Source of the DNA: Clostridiales bacterium
Lineage (GTDB): Bacteria > Bacillota > Clostridia > Lachnospirales > Lachnospiraceae
Direction of reading: 5' to 3'
Assembly (NCBI GenBank): GCA_018372435.1
Contig: JAHAJA010000003.1
Location: 130,585-194,584, forward strand
DNA length: 64,000 nt
Shown here: positions 10,199 to 19,686 of the stretch, one piece after another
How positions within the stretch are numbered: position 1 is the stretch's first letter
How the letters are laid out: the number at the start of each line of letters is the position of its first letter
The notes under the pieces: model-generated
The model's input: the letters and a program-made list of their open reading frames with translations, nothing else
The model's database searches: none
What the model was told of the DNA's origin: nothing
Made by a program: the position numbers and the translations under genes

Positions 10199-11572
10199 AT
10201 GTCGAATAGTACAACACAGAATATGACGGTGGGGTCTCCATTTAAACTGATAATACGATTTTTCGTACCATTATTATTTGGAATGCTATTCCAACAATTC
10301 TATAATATGATGGATACTATGATTGTTGGCCGTTTCTTAGGACCAAAAGCGTTAGCAGCAGTTGGTGGAACAGGTTCCATTAATTTTATGATTATAGGAT
10401 TTTGTATGGGGGTATGCAATGGCTTCGCAATACCAGTTGCGCAATCCTTTGGAGCGAAAGACCATTCTTCCTTACGGAAATTTGTTGCCAATAGTGTGTG
10501 GTTATCGATCGTTTTTTCTGTAATCACTACTGTAGTAGTATGTATATTGTGTCGTCAAATTCTAGTATGGATGGATACGCCTAGTGATATCATTGATGGT
10601 TCATATAGTTATATATTTGTTATATTCTTGGGGATTCCAGTAATATACTTGTACAATTTACTAGCAGGTATCTTAAGATCTCTAGGAGATAGCAAAACAC
10701 CATTGTACTTTTTAGTAATGTCATCATTATTGAATATAATACTTGATCTTGCCGCAATACTTATACTTAATATGGGAGTTGCTGGAGCCGCATGGGCAAC
10801 CGTGATATCACAAGCAATATCAGGAATCTTGTGTTTGGTCTACATAACGAAGAAATTCCCAATTCTTAAGATATCGAAAGAGGAATGGCGTCCTGATGCA
10901 AGATATATGAGCAAACTTTGTATGATGGGAATACCGATGGGTCTCCAATATTCCATAACAGCAATCGGTAGTGTAATTTTACAAACAGCTGTAAATTCTT
11001 TGGGTTCCTTAGCGGTAGCATCAATGACTGCTGGTAGTAAAATCAGTATGTTCTTTTGTTGTCCCTTTGATGCAATGGGATCTACTATGGCAACCTATGC
11101 AGGTCAGAATGTAGGCGCTGGTAAGCTTGATCGTGTTACAAAGGGATTGAAAGCATGTAGTTTCATTGGATTGGTGTATTCTGTAATCGCTTGTATAATC
11201 TTATTTGTATTCGGAAAACAATTTACTTTGTTATTCATTGATGGTAAAGAAGTTGAGATAATTCGTAATTCTGCTTATTTATTAAAATGTGTAAGCGTCT
11301 TCTATTTTCCACTTGCACTTGTCAACATCTTTCGTTTTACAATACAAGGATTGGGATTTAGTAAACTTGCCATTATAGCAGGGGTATGTGAAATGGCAGC
11401 CCGTGCGATTGTTGGTTTTGCATTTGTACCAGTGTTTGGATTTACTGCGGCATGTTTCGCAAGTCCGGTAGCTTGGATTATGGCAGATTTATTCTTAGTA
11501 CCTGCATATTATTTAGTAATAAAGAGTTTGAAAAAGAAACAAATGTATCAAGGAAGTGCGGGAGTTGTTTAA
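10199..11572 (+). CDS. MATE-family efflux transporter
   Basis: 12-TM protein; the N-terminal PLLFGMLFQQFYNMMDTMIVGRFLG is typical of MATE/NorM. The start at 10199 is preferred for its RBS spacing. Confidence 0.8.
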   Translation: MSNSTTQNMTVGSPFKLIIRFFVPLLFGMLFQQFYNMMDTMIVGRFLGPKALAAVGGTGSINFMIIGFCMGVCNGFAIPVAQSFGAKDHSSLRKFVANSVWLSIVFSVITTVVVCILCRQILVWMDTPSDIIDGSYSYIFVIFLGIPVIYLYNLLAGILRSLGDSKTPLYFLVMSSLLNIILDLAAILILNMGVAGAAWATVISQAISGILCLVYITKKFPILKISKEEWRPDARYMSKLCMMGIPMGLQYSITAIGSVILQTAVNSLGSLAVASMTAGSKISMFFCCPFDAMGSTMATYAGQNVGAGKLDRVTKGLKACSFIGLVYSVIACIILFVFGKQFTLLFIDGKEVEIIRNSAYLLKCVSVFYFPLALVNIFRFTIQGLGFSKLAIIAGVCEMAARAIVGFAFVPVFGFTAACFASPVAWIMADLFLVPAYYLVIKSLKKKQMYQGSAGVV

Positions 11573-11593
11573 TAGCATATAAATTAATATTAG

Positions 11594-11632
11594 AGAGAAG
11601 GAATTGTAAGTAGAAAATTCCTTCTCTTTTAC
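11594..11632 (+). terminator. Rho-independent terminator after the MATE gene
   Basis: AGAGAAGGAATT...AATTCCTTCTCT followed by TTT. Confidence 0.65.
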
Positions 11633-11767
11633 TATATTCTGGTGGACCAATTAAAGGGAATAATACATAAAAATAGGAAGAAATATTCGTTATATTAACA
11701 CTGCTTATAGTATTATTTAGCCTACGTTATTAATAGAAAAATACTATGAAAAATCGTGTGATTTATT

Positions 11768-11796
11768 GTTGACATAAGTCGAAATATAAACTATGA
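11768..11796 (+). promoter_or_regulatory. Sigma-A-like promoter for the nucleoside-utilization operon
   Basis: TTGACA, a 17-nt spacer, then TATGAT, ~40 nt upstream of the LacI-family gene. Confidence 0.5.
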
Positions 11797-11832
11797 TGTG
11801 GATGTGGCAACGATACCACATAGGAGGATACT

Positions 11833-12798
11833 ATGGCAACGATTAAGCAAGTGGCAGAATTAGCTGGAGTTGGTACATCGACCGTGTCTCGGTACCTGAA
11901 TGCAAGAGGGTACATAAGCGAAGAGGCGAAAGAAAAAATCAAGAATGCTTGTGAGCAATTGAACTATATGCCTAATGAACTAGCTAGAGCGATGAAGTCA
12001 AATCATAGCAAAACAATTGGTGTCATGATTCCAACAATTTGTAACCCTTTCTTCACAGAATTGGTTCATATTATAGAACAAAACTTATTGAAGCAAGGAT
12101 ATAAAACAGTACTTTGTAATACGAATGGTGATATTGAATTAGAGAGAAATTACTTGAACATGGCAATATCCAATCGCTTTGATGGGATTATCCTAATTAC
12201 AGGTTCTTATGAATTCATGGAGCTAAAGACAGATATTCCGATTATCCTATTAGATCGAATTAATGAAGATGATCTTAACTATATCACGCTAACTAGCAAT
12301 AACAGACAGGGTGCAGTGTTAGCAACAGAGCATCTAATCGCTTGTGGTTGCAAGAAAATCTTGTATCTTAGCAGTAATGAACAGATTATTCCAGCTAAGA
12401 TACGTGAGGATATGTTCGTTGAAACAGTTGTGAAACATAAGGTATCCTACGCGATTAGAAATCACTCAGAGATTGATAGTATAGAGCTTAAGAAAATGAT
12501 TGAAGATGGTGTTGACGGAATTTTTGCTTGGAATGATATATCCGCAATTCAATGTATTGGTTGGTTATCTGAGTTAGGGATAGTAATTCCAGATCAGGTA
12601 CAAGTTATGGGGTATGACAATATTGATATAGCAGAATATGTTCATCCCAAATTGACGACAATTGCTCAGCCGTTGGCCGAATTGGCAACCAAAGCGAGCG
12701 AATATATCGTTCAATTGATTGACAAAACCATAGCTCCACCTATTAACATACAGTTAGATAATACGTTAGTTGTTAGACAAAGTACGAAGACAATATAA
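11833..12798 (+). CDS. LacI-family transcriptional regulator (RbsR-like)
   Basis: N-terminal HTH (MATIKQVAELAGVGTSTVSRYLN) plus a periplasmic-binding-protein-like sugar-binding domain. Confidence 0.85.
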   Translation: MATIKQVAELAGVGTSTVSRYLNARGYISEEAKEKIKNACEQLNYMPNELARAMKSNHSKTIGVMIPTICNPFFTELVHIIEQNLLKQGYKTVLCNTNGDIELERNYLNMAISNRFDGIILITGSYEFMELKTDIPIILLDRINEDDLNYITLTSNNRQGAVLATEHLIACGCKKILYLSSNEQIIPAKIREDMFVETVVKHKVSYAIRNHSEIDSIELKKMIEDGVDGIFAWNDISAIQCIGWLSELGIVIPDQVQVMGYDNIDIAEYVHPKLTTIAQPLAELATKASEYIVQLIDKTIAPPINIQLDNTLVVRQSTKTI

Positions 12799-12911
12799 TA
12801 AATAGATTTGAGGGTCAAAAAGTCATAAGTAAAGTATTCATCCAAAAGAAGAAATGGACCTTGTGACACTCGAGTTAAAAAAAGATAAATAAGTAGAAGG
12901 AGGATGTTAGA

Positions 12912-13781
12912 TTGAATAACATACTCGTTATTGGAAGTTTGAATGCAGATTTGATGGTTCAGGTAGATGAACTTCCTGTACCAGGAGAGACGGTATCAAG
13001 TAATAGTTTTGAGATACTACCAGGTGGTAAAGGAATGAATCAAGCAATATGTGCTGCGAAATTAGGAGCGAATGTTACCATGGCAGGCCTCGTTGGAACA
13101 GATGAATATGCAAGAATTCTTTTAGAGGCATTACATCAAAGCCAAGTGAATAGCGAATATATTCGTATTGTATCCGAAGCACCAACTGGAATTGCAATCG
13201 TAACAACGAGCCCTAAGGATAATAACATTGTAGTAGTACCTGGAGCAAATGCTTTGGTAGATAGTACCTACATTGATTCTATACGTCATGTTATTAAACA
13301 ATCGGATATGGTAATTCTACAGTTGGAGATTCCATTAGAAACTGTATATTATGCAATTGATGTGTGTAAAGAGGAAGGTGTATCCGTACTCCTAAATCCA
13401 GCACCTGCACAGAATATCAATTCTGACTATATAGAAAAGGTATCGTATCTGATACCGAATGAAACAGAATTAGTTTCCATCTTCAAGGAAGACTATAAGA
13501 CAACTTTAGCTAAGTATCCGAACAAGATTATTATGAGTGCTGGTGAACATGGCGCTTATTATCATGACGGGAATGAAATTGTTAACCTTGAAGCAAGAAA
13601 AATCCAAGTTGTGGATACGACAGGGGCAGGAGATGCCTTTAACGGAGCATTTGCTGTAGCGATTCTACAAGGAAAAGAATTAAAAGACGCGGTCGATTAT
13701 GCTAACGGCATAGCGGCAATCACTACGACTGTAAAAGGTGCACAAGGCGCTGATGCAGATAGATACAAGGTAAATGTGTAA
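12912..13781 (+). CDS. rbsK: Ribokinase
   Basis: PfkB family with the ribokinase motifs GGKGMNQA and DTTGAGDAFNGAF. TTG start 7 nt after the GAAGGAGGA RBS. Confidence 0.8.
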   Translation: MNNILVIGSLNADLMVQVDELPVPGETVSSNSFEILPGGKGMNQAICAAKLGANVTMAGLVGTDEYARILLEALHQSQVNSEYIRIVSEAPTGIAIVTTSPKDNNIVVVPGANALVDSTYIDSIRHVIKQSDMVILQLEIPLETVYYAIDVCKEEGVSVLLNPAPAQNINSDYIEKVSYLIPNETELVSIFKEDYKTTLAKYPNKIIMSAGEHGAYYHDGNEIVNLEARKIQVVDTTGAGDAFNGAFAVAILQGKELKDAVDYANGIAAITTTVKGAQGADADRYKVNV

Positions 13782-13854
13782 GGGATAACTATCTTACACA
13801 GCAATTTGTGCAAAGCACAAAGATGCCAGACTAAAGAAAGGGTAGGGTTTAAAT

Positions 13855-14940
13855 ATGAAAAAATTAGTTTCATTATTATTAGTATGTGTTATGGCACTTG
13901 GAATGTTAACGGCTTGCTCTAGCAAGAAGACGGGGGACGATTCTTACACGGCAGCATTATTAATTCCGTTCCAAGGTGATCAATCTTTCTATGATTTAGC
14001 AGTAGAAGGAATGAAGTTAGTTGAAGAACAAGTAGATGGTGTGAAAACTAAGGTTATTGAAATCGGTAATGATGAATCAAAATGGGAATCATACTTTATC
14101 GATGCAGCGGAAGCTGGATATGATGTTATCCTTAGCTGTAACTGGCAAATCACTCCTTATATGAATAAAGTAGCAGAGGAATATCCAGAACAAAAATTCA
14201 TTAACTTCGATATTGAAGAAGGTTCAGGATTAGAGAATGTATATTCCATGTTCTATTCTACTAATGAAATTGGTTATCTAACTGGTGTAGTTGCCGCTGC
14301 AGCTACAACTTCTGATATGACATTAGCAGATGAGAATAACAAGATTGGTTTCATTGGTGGTATGGATATTCCAGGTATCAATGACTTCATGGTTGGATAT
14401 ATTGAAGGTGCTAAGTCAGTTAATCCTGATATCAAGGTAGTTGTGTCTTATGTTGGAGATTTTGCTGATGTAGCAACTGCAAAAGAAATCGCTTTAAATC
14501 AATATAAATCAGGCGTTGACGTAATCTTTGCATGTGCAGGTAATGCAGGAAATGGTGTTATTGATGCAGCGAACGAATTAAGCAAGTATGCAATTGGAGT
14601 AGATAGTGACCAAGCTATGCTTTATGCTGAAACAGATCGTGCAAAAGCAGAAAAAATCATAACTTCAGGTTACAAGACAATTGACCAAACAATCCTTAAA
14701 TCTGTAAAAGCAGCAAAAGAAGGTACACTTGCTTGGGGAACACACGAACAATTCGGTATCAAAGAAGATGGTGTAGGTATTGCTAAGAACGAATTCTATT
14801 TAGCAGCAGTTACTTATGAAGTAAACGAAATCGTTGAAAAAGCAGAAGCTACATTAAAAGCTGGTGAAGTTACAGTTTCTACAGCATTTAATATGAAAGA
14901 TAAAGATATTGTTAAATTAAGAGAAAGCGTTCAACCATAA
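13855..14940 (+). CDS. BMP-family (Med/PnrA-like) ABC transporter substrate-binding lipoprotein, nucleoside-binding
   Basis: Lipobox LTACSS and the basic membrane protein family fold. A nucleoside ABC ATPase and permeases follow. Confidence 0.8.
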   Translation: MKKLVSLLLVCVMALGMLTACSSKKTGDDSYTAALLIPFQGDQSFYDLAVEGMKLVEEQVDGVKTKVIEIGNDESKWESYFIDAAEAGYDVILSCNWQITPYMNKVAEEYPEQKFINFDIEEGSGLENVYSMFYSTNEIGYLTGVVAAAATTSDMTLADENNKIGFIGGMDIPGINDFMVGYIEGAKSVNPDIKVVVSYVGDFADVATAKEIALNQYKSGVDVIFACAGNAGNGVIDAANELSKYAIGVDSDQAMLYAETDRAKAEKIITSGYKTIDQTILKSVKAAKEGTLAWGTHEQFGIKEDGVGIAKNEFYLAAVTYEVNEIVEKAEATLKAGEVTVSTAFNMKDKDIVKLRESVQP

Positions 14941-15053
14941 AACGAGATTAGATAAGACTTAAGAGGTCTGCTTATGAATAGTAGGCAGACCTCTTTTACT
15001 ATTGGAATTGCAAATAAAGTCGCTCATATTACAAAACCATATGGAGGTTACGT

Positions 15054-16622
15054 ATGAATCAAGAGTATATATTAGAATTAAAAGACATTGCAAAAGTTTA
15101 CGACAATGGAGTTGTTGCGAATAAGAAAATCTCCGTTGGTTTTCGTAAAGGAGAAATTCATGCAATTGTTGGAGAAAATGGTGCAGGTAAATCTACTTTA
15201 ATGAAGATTATATTTGGACTTGAAAAACCTACAAGCGGACAGATTTTATATGATGGAAAAGAGGTCACATTTGCATCTCCATTAGATTCTATAGCAATTG
15301 GAATTGGTATGGTACATCAACACTTTATGTTAGTACCATCATTCACAGTTCTTCAGAATATCGTGTTAGGGGATGAGCCTACAAGATTTAGTTTCATTGA
15401 TTCAAGAAAGAGCAAGAAGAAGGCAGAAGAACTTGCAAAACAGTATAATTTCCAACTATCAATGGACGAAAAGGTGGAGAACTTAAGTGTTGGTATGAAG
15501 CAAAAGGTTGAGATTCTTAAACTTCTATACAAAGGTGCCAAGGTATTGATTCTAGATGAACCAACGGCTGTACTAACACCACAGGAGACAGAACAACTCT
15601 TTGTAGAACTTAAGAAGTTTAAAGAAAGTGGACATACCATTATCTTTATCTCTCACAAGTTAAACGAAGTAAAAGAAATCAGTGATCGAATCTCTGTTAT
15701 TCGTAAAGGTGAACTAATCTCTACCCATAACACGAATGAAGTAAGCCTTGAAAGCATCTCAGAGCTTATGATAGGACGTCGAATCGAGTATGAATATTCT
15801 CATATTAAGAAAGAAATCAAAGACAAAAAAGTTACCTTGAAGATGGAGAATGTTACACTAGAGAGCGGAAAAATCCGATTATTAGATAACATTAACTTAA
15901 TAGCCAAATCGGGAGAAATCCTTGGTGTTGTAGGTGTAGAAGGAAACGGACAATCGGAACTTGTAGAAGTTTTGTTCGGATATAAGAAGCCGACGACTGG
16001 GACAATCGATGTAAACGGAACATCATTATTGAGCAAGAAGATAAAGGATATCCGTGATCAAGCGAAAGTGGCATATATACCAGAAGATCGTATGAGACAA
16101 GGAATTGCAGATACGGCTAGTATTGCTGAAAATATGATTTCTAGTTTCTATGATGCGAAGGAGTTCAATCATAAGATGTTCATGAATCATAAAGCCATTA
16201 ATAAATTAAGTGAGTCACTTATCGACAGTTATAGTGTAGTTTGCCAGTCAAAAGATACGGAAATTGGTTCTTTATCGGGTGGTAATATCCAAAAGGTAGT
16301 AGTTGCAAGAGAATGTTATGCGAATCCAGAATTATTAATCGCGGAACAACCAACAAGGGGTGTAGACGTTGGTTCAGCAAGTTTCATACATGAACGTTTA
16401 ATTGAATTAAGAAACAATAATAAAGCGTTGTTACTATTAAGTGCGGATCTTGGTGAAGCATTAGCAGTAAGTGATAAGATTATCGTTATGTATGAGGGAC
16501 AAATCGTTGGATTCTTTCGTGATCTATCGGATGTTACGGAATCCGAATTAGGTTTATATATGTTAGGTATTAAGAAACAAGAGAAGAAAGAAATTGAGAG
16601 GGCTATGTATGAAGAAGCTTAG
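15054..16622 (+). CDS. ABC transporter ATP-binding protein with tandem ABC domains (nucleoside/sugar importer)
   Basis: Two Walker A/signature sets (GENGAGKST...LSVGMKQKVEIL; GVEGNGQSEL...LSGGNIQKVVVAR). Confidence 0.85.
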   Translation: MNQEYILELKDIAKVYDNGVVANKKISVGFRKGEIHAIVGENGAGKSTLMKIIFGLEKPTSGQILYDGKEVTFASPLDSIAIGIGMVHQHFMLVPSFTVLQNIVLGDEPTRFSFIDSRKSKKKAEELAKQYNFQLSMDEKVENLSVGMKQKVEILKLLYKGAKVLILDEPTAVLTPQETEQLFVELKKFKESGHTIIFISHKLNEVKEISDRISVIRKGELISTHNTNEVSLESISELMIGRRIEYEYSHIKKEIKDKKVTLKMENVTLESGKIRLLDNINLIAKSGEILGVVGVEGNGQSELVEVLFGYKKPTTGTIDVNGTSLLSKKIKDIRDQAKVAYIPEDRMRQGIADTASIAENMISSFYDAKEFNHKMFMNHKAINKLSESLIDSYSVVCQSKDTEIGSLSGGNIQKVVVARECYANPELLIAEQPTRGVDVGSASFIHERLIELRNNNKALLLLSADLGEALAVSDKIIVMYEGQIVGFFRDLSDVTESELGLYMLGIKKQEKKEIERAMYEEA

Positions 16623-17667
16623 TAATAAAGCGAAAAATGAAATAATACAAATTGCGACTGCTATTGTAATTGCTCTTCTAATTACTTTGGTAGTGTTATT
16701 CTTGACTAGCGATGAGCCAATATATGCATTCAATAAATTACTAACAGCACCACTTACCAATATGAGATACTTCGGTAACGTATTAGAACTTATGGTACCA
16801 TTAGCATTCGCTGGAATCTCTGCTTCCTTATTGTTCAGAAGTGGTTTGTTTAATATGGGTGGTGAAGGTATCTTCTACATCTCTGGTATTGTAGCGACTG
16901 TGTTAGCAACAAAGCAACTTGGTAGTTCGATGGTACACTCTACTATTGTTATCCTTGGAGCTTCAATCTTTGGTGGATTAATAGCCTGTATCTCAGGTTT
17001 CTTCAAGGCAAAATACAATGCCAATGAGCTAGTTACTTCATTGATGTTAAACAATATCTTGTTCGGTGTTGGCTTTTATATTCTTAAGTCAAAGTTAAAA
17101 GATATGTCAGTTACTGGTGTTGCTTCCGAAGAATATCTTGAAACTGCTAAATTACAAGTTTTAATACCTAAGACCAATGTAACAACAGGATTTATCTTAT
17201 TAATTGTTGTTACTATAATCATATGGTTAATCTATAAGAAAACCAAACTTGGTTATACCATTAAGATGACTGGTATTAATAAAGAGTTTGCAAAATACTC
17301 TGGAATGAGTTTCTTCGCATTAACGATGATCGTGCATTTTATGTCAGGATTCATAGCAGGAATGGGATCAAGTGTGCATCTTATGAGTATGTATGACCGT
17401 TTTACATGGTCAGCCTTACCTGGATACGGTTTTGATGGTTGTTTAGTTGCCATGCTTGGAAAGAATCATCCTATTGGCGCATTCGTTGCAGCCTTTGGAT
17501 TAAGTTACTTAAGAACTGGTTCAGATATTATGGCTAGAAATACGGATGTTCCAGTAGAGATGATAGCCATAGTAGAGATGACACTTGTATTATTAATTAC
17601 AGCAGATTTCGTAGTGAAATATCTAAAACGTAAGAAAGCGATAGAAGGAGGAAGTACGAATGAATAG
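16609..17667 (+). CDS. ABC transporter permease (BMP-family nucleoside uptake system)
   Basis: Polytopic membrane protein; its start overlaps the end of the ATPase gene. Confidence 0.75.
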   Translation: MKKLSNKAKNEIIQIATAIVIALLITLVVLFLTSDEPIYAFNKLLTAPLTNMRYFGNVLELMVPLAFAGISASLLFRSGLFNMGGEGIFYISGIVATVLATKQLGSSMVHSTIVILGASIFGGLIACISGFFKAKYNANELVTSLMLNNILFGVGFYILKSKLKDMSVTGVASEEYLETAKLQVLIPKTNVTTGFILLIVVTIIIWLIYKKTKLGYTIKMTGINKEFAKYSGMSFFALTMIVHFMSGFIAGMGSSVHLMSMYDRFTWSALPGYGFDGCLVAMLGKNHPIGAFVAAFGLSYLRTGSDIMARNTDVPVEMIAIVEMTLVLLITADFVVKYLKRKKAIEGGSTNE

Positions 17668-18571
17668 TTTTATAGCTCTATTTTTAACACCAGCATTTGG
17701 GTATGCAATTCTTCGTGTGACAACTCCAATTTTATTTGCGTCATTAGGAAATGTTATCTCTGATAAGGCAGGAGTAAGTAACATCGCAATGGAAGGTACG
17801 ATGCTTACAGCTTCTTTAGCAGGAGTTTTGGTATCAGCATATAGTGGAAATGCTTTTATCGGATTGTTGGCGGCTCTTTTAGTCGGCGTTTTATTCAGTG
17901 CTTTTATGGCCTATATAAGTTTATACTTAGGTACGAAGATTATTATGGCAGGTATTGCCTTAAACCTATTCGCTAGTAGCTTTACTGTGTATGTTCTTTA
18001 TATGTTTACAGGGCAAAAAGGTAATTCCGCTTCTCTAGCAAGTAAACAACTTCCTACTATTGATTTACCAGTTATAAAGAATATTCCTGTACTAGGAGAA
18101 ATTCTATCAGGGCATAATGTATTAGTATATGTAGCTTTGCTTTCGATTGTAGTAATCTATGTAATGCTTAACAAAACAAAACTTGGTGCCCACATCAAAG
18201 CGGTAGGTGAGAATCCAAGCGCAGCAGCAAGTGTTGGTATCAATGTTCGTAGAGTACAATTTATATCTCTATGTCTTAGTGGACTTTTAGCTGGATTTGG
18301 TGGAGCTTTCATGTCAATGGGTTACCTATCAATGTTCACAAGAGATATGATCGCCGGACGTGGTTGGATTGCTATCGCAGCTAGTGCTATGGGTAGATCA
18401 ATGGTTATTCCAACCGTAATTACGTCCTTCCTATTCGGTATCTTTAGTGCGGTAGGTAATGTATTACAGTTACAGAACATGCCATCTGAGTTAATTACTA
18501 CATTACCTTACGTGGCTGTATTCATAGGTATCGTTGGATATTCCATTCGTAAGTATAAGAAAGAAAACTAA
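17660..18571 (+). CDS. ABC transporter permease (second membrane subunit)
   Basis: Polytopic membrane protein, translationally coupled (ATGA overlap) to the upstream permease. Confidence 0.75.
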   Translation: MNSFIALFLTPAFGYAILRVTTPILFASLGNVISDKAGVSNIAMEGTMLTASLAGVLVSAYSGNAFIGLLAALLVGVLFSAFMAYISLYLGTKIIMAGIALNLFASSFTVYVLYMFTGQKGNSASLASKQLPTIDLPVIKNIPVLGEILSGHNVLVYVALLSIVVIYVMLNKTKLGAHIKAVGENPSAAASVGINVRRVQFISLCLSGLLAGFGGAFMSMGYLSMFTRDMIAGRGWIAIAASAMGRSMVIPTVITSFLFGIFSAVGNVLQLQNMPSELITTLPYVAVFIGIVGYSIRKYKKEN

Positions 18572-18599
18572 TGGATAGGAAAGATAGGTGTATAATTAG

Positions 18600-19535
18600 A
18601 TGAGACCGATATTAATTGATTGTGATCCAGGGCATGATGATGCAATGGCCATCATGTTAGCACTGGCGAATACGGAACATTTCGATGTACTTGGTATTAC
18701 CTGTGTTGGTGGGAATCAGACGTTAGATAAAGTAAGTGAGAACACACTTAAAGTTCTTACTGTTTTGAATAAAGAAATCCCAGTTGCCAAAGGTGCAGCT
18801 GGTCCGTTAATACGAGAAATCGCCCCTGCACCAGAAGCACATGGTGACACAGGAATGGATGGACCAATTATAGAGAAGATAACGATGGATTTCGTTAAGC
18901 AAAATGGAGTAGAGTTTTTACGCGATAAAATTCTGATGGAAGATAAGAAGGTGACAATTGTTGCACTGGGACCACTCACGAATATCGCGTTATTGCTTAA
19001 GATGTATCCAGAAGTAAAAGAACGTATTGAATGTATCGCTATGATGGGGGGAAGTGCAACTTCTGGTAATTCCACAGCCGCAGCGGAATTTAATTTCTGG
19101 GTGGATCCACATGCAGCTCATATTGTGTTCCATTCAGGAATTCCTCTTATTCAAGCGGGTACAGAAGTAAGTCTTGCAGCAAGTATACTTCATACAGAAA
19201 TCGATGAGTTCAAGGGCAAGGGTCGTGTATCTGATTTTGTATATGATCTCTTAGAATTCTATTCTCAATTTTCTAAGAAGTTAGATATTGATCGCAGTCC
19301 AATTTTTGATGCTTGTCCTGTGATGTATCTTCTACATCCAGAAATCTTTGTTGCAAAGAATTATTATGTGGACATTGAATTACAAGGTGAATTAACAGCG
19401 GGTATGTCGGTTACGGATAAGAGAGTTTGGTTTGATATGAAGAAACCGAATGCCACGGTATTACTAGATGTGGATAGAAATAAGTTTGTCGCATATCTCA
19501 AAGAAGCAATATTTAAGCTGGATCTAGAAGCGTAA
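18600..19535 (+). CDS. Nucleoside hydrolase (IU-NH / RihA-like)
   Basis: N-terminal DCDPGHDDAMAI aspartate cluster typical of inosine-uridine nucleoside N-ribohydrolases. Confidence 0.85.
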   Translation: MRPILIDCDPGHDDAMAIMLALANTEHFDVLGITCVGGNQTLDKVSENTLKVLTVLNKEIPVAKGAAGPLIREIAPAPEAHGDTGMDGPIIEKITMDFVKQNGVEFLRDKILMEDKKVTIVALGPLTNIALLLKMYPEVKERIECIAMMGGSATSGNSTAAAEFNFWVDPHAAHIVFHSGIPLIQAGTEVSLAASILHTEIDEFKGKGRVSDFVYDLLEFYSQFSKKLDIDRSPIFDACPVMYLLHPEIFVAKNYYVDIELQGELTAGMSVTDKRVWFDMKKPNATVLLDVDRNKFVAYLKEAIFKLDLEA

Positions 19536-19686
19536 TATATTATCTAAGGTAGGGAGTTGTATGATAGAGTATTTGAACATATAGTAAGTTTGGATCGCTA
19601 TCATGCGACTCTTATTTTTTAGATACGTGTGTAGGCAGGTTAAACTAAAGTTAATGATTAATATAGGTAACGAAAGAAGGGTAAAG

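Noticed and set aside
15353-16074. Several 60-100-aa minus-strand ORFs inside the ABC ATPase gene (15353..15640, 15800..16036, 15892..16074), and similar antisense ORFs inside trkA, trkH, the MCP gene and the vWA gene
   Set aside because: All are antisense to strongly supported genes, lack an RBS, and have the S/L/F-rich composition expected from reverse-frame translation of AT-rich coding DNA.
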